From contig JAUVXS010000001.1 of NCBI GenBank assembly GCA_030603485.1, forward strand, positions 1-41,752: a stretch of 41,752 nt of DNA, read 5' to 3'. This DNA is from Dehalococcoidia bacterium. GTDB taxonomy: Bacteria > Chloroflexota > Dehalococcoidia > GIF9 > AB-539-J10. Shown piece by piece: positions 34,459 through 41,752 of this stretch; the first letter of the stretch is position 1; every line of letters starts with the position of its first letter. The translations under genes were made by a program, and so were the position numbers. The notes below the pieces were generated by a model, which saw only the letters and a program-made list of their open reading frames with translations, was not told where the DNA came from and did no database searches.

Positions 34459-35442
34459 TTACGGAGCATAGATGTGTTCCAGGAGATGTTGCTCTTCTGG
34501 GAATGGGCTCTCCTTGGCGAATATAATGGCATCCTCTATCTCGGCTTCCAATTCGCTGGCCATATCCTCAATGTCTTGGTTACAGAGGATATCATCCCTT
34601 AATAGGTTCTTTTTTAAATTTTCAATCGGGCAGCGTTGTTTCCACTCCTGAAACTCGCTTTCGGTTCGGTAGCCCAGGTCATTGTCATAGTATGGGCCGC
34701 AGTGCTCCCGCCAGCGATATGTCTTGAACTCCAGGAATGTAGGGCCGCCACCCTGCCTGGCCCTGCGAATAGCTTTTTCCGCCATCTTGTAGACTTGGGT
34801 AACATCGTTGCCATCGCCTTGATAGCTCTCGACACCATGCCCTTTGGCCAGCTCAACAATTTCTCTGCCCTCAGGTTGACGAACGGAGAGCGGTGAATAC
34901 ACAGAATACAGATTGTTCTCACAGACAAATATGACCGGCAGTCTCTTGAGTACAGCAAAATTGATGCTCTCGTGAAACACGCCCTCCTCAACGGCAGCGT
35001 CACCAAAGAAAATGACTGTCACTCGTTGTTGGCCACGCATCATTGACCCGAAGGCGACCCCGACAGCGATAGGTATCGTGCTAGCCACAATTGGTGTGGC
35101 ACCGAGAAAACCTGCTGAGAGGTCCACCAAATGCATAGAGCCGCCTTTGCCCTGGCAGCACCCGGTCGCCTTCCCGTATAGCTCTGCCATCATTGCTTTG
35201 AGGTCTCCGCCTTTGGCCAGATAGTGCCCGTGCGAGCGGTGCCCACTCATCACGTAGTCGTTACGGGACAGGTTGGCACAGACACCGGCAGCTACCGCCT
35301 CCTGTCCAATGCAGAGGTGGACAGGACATCTCATCTCCTGCTCTGGATAGAGTTCGGCAATCTTCTCCTCAACCATTCGAATCCGGAGCATCGTTTTATA
35401 GATTGACTTATATGTTTCCTTTGGCAGTTCCAAGTTGTCCAT
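34459..35442 (-). CDS. 2-oxoacid dehydrogenase E1 alpha-like subunit (ThDP-binding)
   Basis: ThDP motif GDAAVEEGVFHESINFAVLKRLPVIFVCENN, and the HRSHGH motif. Confidence 0.85.
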   Translation of the reverse strand: MDNLELPKETYKSIYKTMLRIRMVEEKIAELYPEQEMRCPVHLCIGQEAVAAGVCANLSRNDYVMSGHRSHGHYLAKGGDLKAMMAELYGKATGCCQGKGGSMHLVDLSAGFLGATPIVASTIPIAVGVAFGSMMRGQQRVTVIFFGDAAVEEGVFHESINFAVLKRLPVIFVCENNLYSVYSPLSVRQPEGREIVELAKGHGVESYQGDGNDVTQVYKMAEKAIRRARQGGGPTFLEFKTYRWREHCGPYYDNDLGYRTESEFQEWKQRCPIENLKKNLLRDDILCNQDIEDMASELEAEIEDAIIFAKESPFPEEQHLLEHIYAP

Positions 35443-35455
35443 TTCTCCTTCAGGA

Positions 35456-36457
35456 TTATTTAAGCTTTTTGGCTAACATCATTTTTACATTATAATACCG
35501 GATGTCATCTATGGGATTGGGGATTTTACCAGCTTTGAAGGCGTCACAAAGGTCTTTCACGGCATCTTCAATAGTGTGTTTCGGCTCAAAGCCTACTTCA
35601 CACCTAATCTTTTCCGAAGAGATGTGATAAGAGCGGTTGTCATCGCTCGGGGTAGTAGTTATTTCTACCCCTTCCTCCCCCACTACTTTCCGTACTATTT
35701 CGGCAATCTCCGAGACCTGGTAGTTTTCATGCCCGGCATTAAATATTTTGCCAGCAATCGTTTCATCAGGCAACTCTAAAAGTTGAACATATAGGTCAGT
35801 CACATCTTCAATATGGATACTTGGCCTTTTCTGTTGACCCCCAAACACGGTGATACGTCCGGTATTTACAGCCAGATTGGTCAAAATGTTTACTGCCAGG
35901 TCGAGCCTTAATCGAGGGGAATAGCCACAAACTGTTGCCTGCCGGATAATTACTACAGCAAAATCAGGCGATTGCTCTCTAAGCAATACCTCCTCGCACA
36001 GAGCCTTGTACTTAGAGTAATCCGTTAAAGGCTCCAGCGCCAGGTCCTCAGTTACATTCTCTTCTTCCTTGATACCATACACGCTGGAGGTAGAAGCAAA
36101 AATAAACCGCTTTACTCCACATTGCTTTGATACATCCACGAGACCGAACAAGGCGTCATAGTTGATAGACTTGCCCAGCTGGGGGTCTAACTTAAAACTG
36201 GGATCATTAGAGATACAGGCAAGATGAATTACAGTATCGGTACTAGGGATCACCCTCTCTAAAATGGCTCGGTCCCGGATGTCGCCTTTTATCTGCTCAA
36301 GGTTAGGATTCTCTTTAACAGCATCCAGAACATTCTCTCCATATAGATAAAGGTCGAGAACCTTAACCCGATATCCTGTGTCCAAGAGCTTGGGCACCAA
36401 TACAGAGCCAACATACCCTGCTCCGCCGGTAACCAGGACTTGTTGTATAGGTCTCAT
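35456..36457 (-). CDS. NAD-dependent epimerase/dehydratase (extended SDR)
   Basis: VLVTGGAGYVGSVLVPKLL and YSKYKALCE. ATG 36457 follows a GGGAG Shine-Dalgarno (a TTG at 36481 is the alternative). Confidence 0.8.
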   Translation of the reverse strand: MRPIQQVLVTGGAGYVGSVLVPKLLDTGYRVKVLDLYLYGENVLDAVKENPNLEQIKGDIRDRAILERVIPSTDTVIHLACISNDPSFKLDPQLGKSINYDALFGLVDVSKQCGVKRFIFASTSSVYGIKEEENVTEDLALEPLTDYSKYKALCEEVLLREQSPDFAVVIIRQATVCGYSPRLRLDLAVNILTNLAVNTGRITVFGGQQKRPSIHIEDVTDLYVQLLELPDETIAGKIFNAGHENYQVSEIAEIVRKVVGEEGVEITTTPSDDNRSYHISSEKIRCEVGFEPKHTIEDAVKDLCDAFKAGKIPNPIDDIRYYNVKMMLAKKLK

Positions 36458-36505
36458 GTCATTACTCCCTACAGTTTCCAAAATATATGTGGTTTCTTCG
36501 TTTTT

Positions 36506-38035
36506 CTACTTTAACAATGATACAATATGCTTTAACAGCGATGCACGCTCAATTGGTGTCCGGTTGCCGACCGTTGCTACTGCCTCAGCGCCAACAACAT
36601 TGCCGATAAAGCCCACGATTTCCATTGGTGCCTTCTGGGCCACGCACAGGGAGGTCACGGAGAGAAAGGCATCACCAATCCCTACCCGGTCTACTATTTG
36701 CTGCGCGAACGCCGGAACCTCAAAGAAGCCCTCGTCTTTATCGTAGCCAAGGCATCCATATTTACCACGGGTAACAACGACTCGTCCGCACTCCAGTTTC
36801 TGCGATACATTCAGGATAATATCTCTAAGGTCAGCTTGACGGCTTCTGGCATCCAGCCTTATCTCGTGTTCAGCAATGCAAACATAGTCCGCCCGGGGAT
36901 ATTTAGATATCGTATTGAATCCCCTGTTTCCGGCATTAGCCTGGGTATTCACTGCCAGGGAAGGTGCTTGGCGGCACAGAATATCAATTGCATCCCTGCT
37001 CAGCATACCGTGACCATAGTCAACTACAATGACAATGTCATACTGGGGGAGAATATCGTGCAGCTTGGTGCACAACGCCTGCCCCTCCGCCTTACTCAAC
37101 CCTTCATCATTCATCACATAGACTTCGAAGAGCTTGGTTAAGAGATAGCTCTCGATGAAACGCCGTTTAACGATAGTGGGCGAGTTTTGCTTATACAAGA
37201 ATATCTTTTCCACGTTACCCTTAACATACTGCCGGACAAAATCCTCCTGGGAGTCTTCCGTTCCCAAGAACGTGAGCAGCCCAACGTTATCGCAGAAATT
37301 GGCCACGTGATTGCTCACAGCCAAGGTGCCACCGGCGAACTTCTCGGTTGAAAGGTACCGTGTAGCCAGTACCGGCTCCTTAGCCGACTTTCCAATTGAT
37401 TCACAGTATTGATACTCATCAATGATAGCTTCGCCGACAACCAGCACTTTGAGCGGTCGAGCATTTTCGAGATATTGCAGGACATCGTTCGGGGAATACC
37501 GTTCTGAGAAACCTGCCAGATAGTCACTGACCTCCTCCGGGAAGACTGGCAGATATCTATTAATGAGGCTCGATGAGCTGAAAGTGATATCGTCAGTAAA
37601 GGCGATATCGCCACCAACCAATTTGACCGCTGCCTCTTCATCAACGATTTTCCCCGTGTAGTCCTTCTCAGCATCTTTATAGTCAGCGCCTTTAGCATAG
37701 ATATCGGGTTTCAGGAGTTGAATCGTTTCGACAGCCGTAGGCCATTTATTGATAGCCACATAGTCAACACAGTCCAGGGCAGCAATGGCTTCAGCACGCA
37801 AATCCTCAGTGAACGCAGGGCGGTGTGGTCCTTTATTGACGTACTTGTCAGGTGTCACCGTAACTACAAGAGTGTCACCGAGTCTCTTAGCCTGCTCAAA
37901 GTGACGAATGTGCCCAATGTGCAACAGGTCAAAAATCCCGTGACAATGTACGGCCTTTTTATTGTTGGCTCTTAGTGAAACCAGAATTTCGGTTAGTTCT
38001 TCGATGCCCTTTATCTTATCTCTACCTTGAGTCAT
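36506..38035 (-). CDS. Bifunctional nucleotidyltransferase (cytidylyltransferase-fold) plus PfkB sugar kinase; HldE-like with inverted domain order
   Basis: N-terminus HGIFDLLHIGHIRHFEQAKRLGDTLVV. The kinase half has KVLVVGEAIIDEY and DRVGIGDAF (DxxGxGD). ATG 38035 lies 8 nt after the upstream stop (the ORF opens at 38134). Confidence 0.8.
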   Translation of the reverse strand: MTQGRDKIKGIEELTEILVSLRANNKKAVHCHGIFDLLHIGHIRHFEQAKRLGDTLVVTVTPDKYVNKGPHRPAFTEDLRAEAIAALDCVDYVAINKWPTAVETIQLLKPDIYAKGADYKDAEKDYTGKIVDEEAAVKLVGGDIAFTDDITFSSSSLINRYLPVFPEEVSDYLAGFSERYSPNDVLQYLENARPLKVLVVGEAIIDEYQYCESIGKSAKEPVLATRYLSTEKFAGGTLAVSNHVANFCDNVGLLTFLGTEDSQEDFVRQYVKGNVEKIFLYKQNSPTIVKRRFIESYLLTKLFEVYVMNDEGLSKAEGQALCTKLHDILPQYDIVIVVDYGHGMLSRDAIDILCRQAPSLAVNTQANAGNRGFNTISKYPRADYVCIAEHEIRLDARSRQADLRDIILNVSQKLECGRVVVTRGKYGCLGYDKDEGFFEVPAFAQQIVDRVGIGDAFLSVTSLCVAQKAPMEIVGFIGNVVGAEAVATVGNRTPIERASLLKHIVSLLK

Positions 38036-38043
38036 AATGTAGC

Positions 38044-39042
38044 CTACCTTATTGGTGATTTGCCTAGATATGCAAACCAATCTTGAGTGGCCTCGGCGAT
38101 AGATTTCTCGTCCCATACCGGTGCACCTCGCCACTGGTCAATGTTCTCCAGCATGATTCGCACGCCCTCTTCGAAGCTAACCTTCGGCTGCCAGCCCAGC
38201 ACCTGTGATATCTTGCTTATGTCGGCAAAGGTACAATCCGGTTCACCAGGTCGCTTGGTAATATGCAACACGTCACCACCCAGGAGCTCCACCAGGTGAT
38301 TGACGCTATACGTGCCACTTGAGCCGACGTTAAATATCTCACCCTCGACTTGAGACTCAGCCGCCCTCATGAAGGCATCGGCCACATCGGTAACAAAGGT
38401 GAAGTCCCGGGTCTGAGTTCCGTCCCCAACGACGGTAAACGGCTTGCCGGCCAATTTTTGCGCCAGAAATACACCGAGGACAGCTCCATATGCCCCCGAC
38501 GTTCGGGAGCGTGGGCCGAATACGTTGAACAATCGGAGAGAAATACAGGACAAATTATACACTTTATTCCAGTGTAGTACATATTGCTCACCTACATACT
38601 TGGTAAGCGCATAAGGGTACATAGGTTTTACGGGTGCCGTCTCTGGTGTCGGCAACTGGTCCGGGATTCCATAACAGGAGGACGAGGCGGCATATACGAA
38701 CCGCCTGACCCCACTCGACCGGGCAGCTTCGAGAACGGCGACAGTACCATCCACATTAGCCTTATGATATGAGAGGGGTTGCTGAATCGACAGCACAATA
38801 TCGGCCAGGGCAGCCAGATGGAAGACCCAGGCTGCACCTTCAAAAAATGGCTTGATTTCAGTATAGCCCGAAACATCCGCCCGATGAATAGTGAGCCGCT
38901 GGCTGTCCTTAACGTGGTCCAGATTCTCCATCCTCCCGGTGGAGAAGTTATCAAGAACTATCACTTCGTGACCATCCTCAAGCAAGCGCTCTACAAGATG
39001 ACTGCCGATAAAGCCAGCGCCGCCGGTGACTAAAGTCTTCAT
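38044..39042 (-). CDS. NAD-dependent sugar epimerase/dehydratase (GalE/WbpP-like extended SDR)
   Basis: TLVTGGAGFIGSHLVERLLEDGHEVIVLDNFSTG and YALTKYVGE. ATG 39042 is preceded by GGGGA (a GTG at 39045 is the alternative). Confidence 0.85.
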   Translation of the reverse strand: MKTLVTGGAGFIGSHLVERLLEDGHEVIVLDNFSTGRMENLDHVKDSQRLTIHRADVSGYTEIKPFFEGAAWVFHLAALADIVLSIQQPLSYHKANVDGTVAVLEAARSSGVRRFVYAASSSCYGIPDQLPTPETAPVKPMYPYALTKYVGEQYVLHWNKVYNLSCISLRLFNVFGPRSRTSGAYGAVLGVFLAQKLAGKPFTVVGDGTQTRDFTFVTDVADAFMRAAESQVEGEIFNVGSSGTYSVNHLVELLGGDVLHITKRPGEPDCTFADISKISQVLGWQPKVSFEEGVRIMLENIDQWRGAPVWDEKSIAEATQDWFAYLGKSPIR

Positions 39043-39212
39043 CACTGTTCCCCGATACGCTCCATCGCCCCTGAAGAGAGGCGACTTTTAACACGCCATA
39101 ATATAGACTTGTGAGCCTTAACAAATATCATGCTCATCAATTGTTGGAATTTCATTCTAAATAACCCGTCGGTGAATATTTGACCACCGGTGTCTTTGAT
39201 GCAACTATCATT

Positions 39213-40115
39213 CTATAATTTTCCCAAGTATTTTAGCCCCCGTACTTCTGAACGCTTTATTTCCGTTATTGTAGTTTCAACACGAATTGCTATTGGCCCA
39301 AGCATACGCTTCATCTTGGAAGGCATATAATTTTTTATCATTTGCTTTAATGGTGAGGTAACAATGTGAGAAGCATTTTGGGGCACCTTGAACTGATCTT
39401 GAGCCGGAACTACATTGTGTGTTGAGCTATCAGTTTTTTCCGCCACAAATATAGTATGTACCATGTATTTTGACCTGAACATTTTAACCACGCCCCGATA
39501 GGAATCATACTCATAGCGATATAATTTCCATCTATTGTTTGTTGGGTCAGGGCCCTGGTCGGCGATATATGCTTTCAAATCAATAAATTTATTCGCTAGG
39601 TAATAATCAAAAAAAAGGCCAGGGCTAAAAGAATAAAAGCCATGTCCAATATGATTCGAAGCTGGGCTTAAATGTATAATCCTACCGCCGGATTTTAGTA
39701 GCAGGCTAATATTCATCATAGCCTGCTTGATGTCGAAAATATGTTCTAACGTTCCACCGTCTATAATGAGATTGAACTGACTTTGTAATTCGTCAGGGAT
39801 TGGCTTATTCATGTCTAAAATAATATCGGCACATTGATAATCAGATATATCCAGTTGACGCAACTCTTCCACATTAAAAAGCCGGAAAAGGGTGGTATCA
39901 CTGATATATTTGCTATCTTGGGTAGGTATCTTCGTTGTTAAGTCCCAGTCTTGTTCCAGAGGCTGTGGCTGAATTCCTTCAGAGATTAATATCTTCCTTA
40001 CTTCATCATAGGTTGCCCAGACACTTTGACGACCAAGCGTTAATACAGGGCTTATAAATGGCTTCCTTTTGTGTTCACGAGCTAAAAATCTTATTGCTGA
40101 AGGTCCTAGCCCCAC
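39213..40115 (-). CDS. Probable SAM-dependent methyltransferase; candidate glycan chain-terminating modifier
   Basis: FNLIIDGGTLEHIFDIKQAMMNISLLLKSGGRIIH (methyltransferase post-I/II-like motifs). GTG start 9 nt after an AAGGAG Shine-Dalgarno. It lies directly downstream of wzt. Confidence 0.55.
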   Translation of the reverse strand: MGLGPSAIRFLAREHKRKPFISPVLTLGRQSVWATYDEVRKILISEGIQPQPLEQDWDLTTKIPTQDSKYISDTTLFRLFNVEELRQLDISDYQCADIILDMNKPIPDELQSQFNLIIDGGTLEHIFDIKQAMMNISLLLKSGGRIIHLSPASNHIGHGFYSFSPGLFFDYYLANKFIDLKAYIADQGPDPTNNRWKLYRYEYDSYRGVVKMFRSKYMVHTIFVAEKTDSSTHNVVPAQDQFKVPQNASHIVTSPLKQMIKNYMPSKMKRMLGPIAIRVETTITEIKRSEVRGLKYLGKL

Positions 40116-40119
40116 CGTT

Positions 40120-41442
40120 CTATTCTCCTTTTCTCCGGATTTTCATAGGGTGTCCATCCTCATGAGACTCCTTGATCTGCTGTATTGTCCATGGCAGAAA
40201 TGGTCGAACTGCCCCAATCCCGGTATTAACAGTTCTCTCTAGATCATTAACGGAAAATGATACTACCTGCGCTAGATTAGCCTGATTCAAGATCCTGTTT
40301 AAGGAAAGAAACACTGAAACCCAGTGCTGCCCCTGGTTCAGATAATTGCCGGGGATAGTACACCAACAACGATAGAGCCCTGGCTCACTGACAAATCTTT
40401 TATCCTCATTTGGATCCTGAATACTCGAGGTAGAGAAGAGACGAATACCCTGTGCATTATAAAGATGGAAGGTAGGATGTATCTCACCCTTTGAGTGCAG
40501 AACCCAGAATTCCATTTCCATGGTAACTGGCTCGGCTGCATCGTGATTAGAGGACACTTGTCCCTGACTATTCAATATACGTATGGCATGCACTCTAGCG
40601 GTGTCGCTACCCGGTGCATCATCAAAGTCCCATACCACCTCACCGGGGTCACTACTTCTGTCCTGCAGGTACGTTTCTACGACTTGGCTAGTCGGACCAA
40701 TCATCGCTACCCGGCCGGCGTCGAGAAGAATTGTCTGGTCACAAAGTGTGCTTATTGCCTGCATATTGTGACTGACAAATAGAACAGTTCGTCCTCCCCC
40801 AGCCACATCACGCATTCTGCCCAGGCACTTCTTCTGAAAACTATAGTCTCCTACTGCCAGTACCTCGTCCACCAGCAAAACCTCCGGCACCATGTGGGCA
40901 GCTACTGAGAAAGCGAGGCGCACCTGCATGCCGGTAGAGTAGCGCTTTAGCGGAGTGTCAATAAACTTCTGTACCTCGGCAAATTCGACCATATCATCAA
41001 ACTTGCGGTCAATTTCCTTTTTTTTCATTCCCAGGACAGCTCCATTGAGATAGATGTTCTCCCGCCCGGTCAGCTCCGGGTGGAACCCGGTACCCACTTC
41101 CAAGAGCGAACCAACCCGGCCGTGAATTTCGGCATACCCCTCTGTGGGCTCCGTAATACGGCAGAGAACCTTGAGGAGGGTGGTCTTACCGGCTCCGTTG
41201 CGGCCAATAATCCCTATCGCTTCGCCTTGCTTTACTTGAAAGGAAACATCTTTTATTGCCCAGATGTACTCGGAATCTGGATTTCGGGGTTTACTTTTTG
41301 GGCTAGCCGCCGCCGGGCGAAAGCGACGGAAGGGAGCCGAGAAAGTATTTACCAAGCTCTCTCGTAGAGTCCTATAGCCGACAAACTGACCCAAGTGATA
41401 ACGCTTACTCAGATTTTCTGCTTTAATAGCAATGTCACTCAT
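40120..41442 (-). CDS. wzt: O-antigen/teichoic-type ABC exporter ATPase with C-terminal carbohydrate-binding (Wzt_C-like) domain
   Basis: Walker A GRNGAGKTT, signature YSTGMQVRL, Walker B LLVDEVLAVGD. There are about 190 further residues with beta-rich character (VHAIRILNSQGQ..VTMEMEFWV). Confidence 0.85.
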   Translation of the reverse strand: MSDIAIKAENLSKRYHLGQFVGYRTLRESLVNTFSAPFRRFRPAAASPKSKPRNPDSEYIWAIKDVSFQVKQGEAIGIIGRNGAGKTTLLKVLCRITEPTEGYAEIHGRVGSLLEVGTGFHPELTGRENIYLNGAVLGMKKKEIDRKFDDMVEFAEVQKFIDTPLKRYSTGMQVRLAFSVAAHMVPEVLLVDEVLAVGDYSFQKKCLGRMRDVAGGGRTVLFVSHNMQAISTLCDQTILLDAGRVAMIGPTSQVVETYLQDRSSDPGEVVWDFDDAPGSDTARVHAIRILNSQGQVSSNHDAAEPVTMEMEFWVLHSKGEIHPTFHLYNAQGIRLFSTSSIQDPNEDKRFVSEPGLYRCWCTIPGNYLNQGQHWVSVFLSLNRILNQANLAQVVSFSVNDLERTVNTGIGAVRPFLPWTIQQIKESHEDGHPMKIRRKGE

Positions 41443-41445
41443 TTT

Positions 41446-41752
41446 TTATATCACATCAGCAAAGATTTTTTCGTTGTGCCGAAAGTAAAATGCCCCTGAA
41501 ATTAATACCACTATTACAATTATAACCGAGACAGCTATCAAGGAACCAGGCGGCTCTGTGCCCAGAAGAGTCCAGCGGAAACCTTCAATGACGCCAGCCA
41601 TGGGGTTTAGTCCGTAGAGTGTCTGGAACCTCTCCGGCAATAGACTCGAAGAGTAAACCACTGGGGAAGCAAAGAGCCAAAGCTGGACGAGAAACGGTAT
41701 TACATAGCGGACATCGCGGTATTTCACGTTTATCGCTGAGAGCCACAGACCT
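41446..41752 (-). CDS. wzm: ABC-2 type polysaccharide exporter permease, 3' part (continues beyond the window)
   Basis: The frame is open to base 41751 (GLWLSAINVKYRDVRYVIPFLVQLWLFASPVVY...), which is the typical Wzm/TagG C-terminal region. Its stop is 3 nt before the wzt ATG. Confidence 0.75.
   Translation of the reverse strand, partial: GLWLSAINVKYRDVRYVIPFLVQLWLFASPVVYSSSLLPERFQTLYGLNPMAGVIEGFRWTLLGTEPPGSLIAVSVIIVIVVLISGAFYFRHNEKIFADVI

Noticed and set aside
39065-39084. Hairpin TCGCC-(10 nt)-GGCGA followed by CTTTTAA on the plus strand.
   Set aside because: No plus-strand gene ends here. In the transcribed (minus) orientation there is no U-tract. The stem is short with a large loop.
1-41752. 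Search for CRISPR repeats, mobile-element genes, toxin-antitoxin systems or defence-system hallmarks, prompted by the Nudix, radical SAM and HAD proteins.
   Set aside because: There are no direct-repeat arrays and no transposase, integrase, nuclease or helicase motifs. The Nudix, radical SAM and HAD genes sit in a nucleotide-sugar context, which fits glycan biosynthesis rather than immunity.

Overview
The window is almost entirely cell-surface glycan (O-antigen, capsule or S-layer-glycan type) biosynthesis genes. I found no rRNA, tRNA, CRISPR array, transposase or integrase. Bases 375-13868 are AT-richer. They hold glycosyltransferases (GT4, GT2), SAM methyltransferases, a 749-aa polytopic membrane protein, and two copies of a NodB-deacetylase plus GNAT-acyltransferase module. 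One copy is fused (+ strand) and one is split (- strand). Bases 13911-41752 form a single co-directional minus-strand block of about 30 tightly packed, often start/stop-overlapping genes. It opens with an ABC exporter (Wzm/Wzt, with a Wzt carbohydrate-binding C-domain) and a methyltransferase. It continues with several nucleotide-sugar routes:
- heptose-type: GmhA-like SIS, nucleotidyltransferase-PfkB kinase fusion, small HAD phosphatase
- nonulosonic-acid-type: SAF-less NeuB, NeuA-HAD fusion, DUF115 transferase, B12 radical SAM
- deoxy or branched sugar tailoring: RmlB-like SDR, SDRs, FkbM methyltransferase, a DegT homolog, an aldo/keto reductase, and two separate thiamine-diphosphate enzyme pairs (E1 alpha/beta and split transketolase)

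Most notable observations:
- the two ThDP C2-transfer systems inside a glycan operon
- a G8 homopolymer exactly at the deacetylase/GNAT fusion junction
- a DegT homolog whose Schiff-base lysine is serine
- two gene relics
- a near-consensus internal sigma70-type promoter

The host is unknown. Shine-Dalgarno usage and the promoter suggest a bacterium. All family calls come from motif recognition by eye, not from searches.
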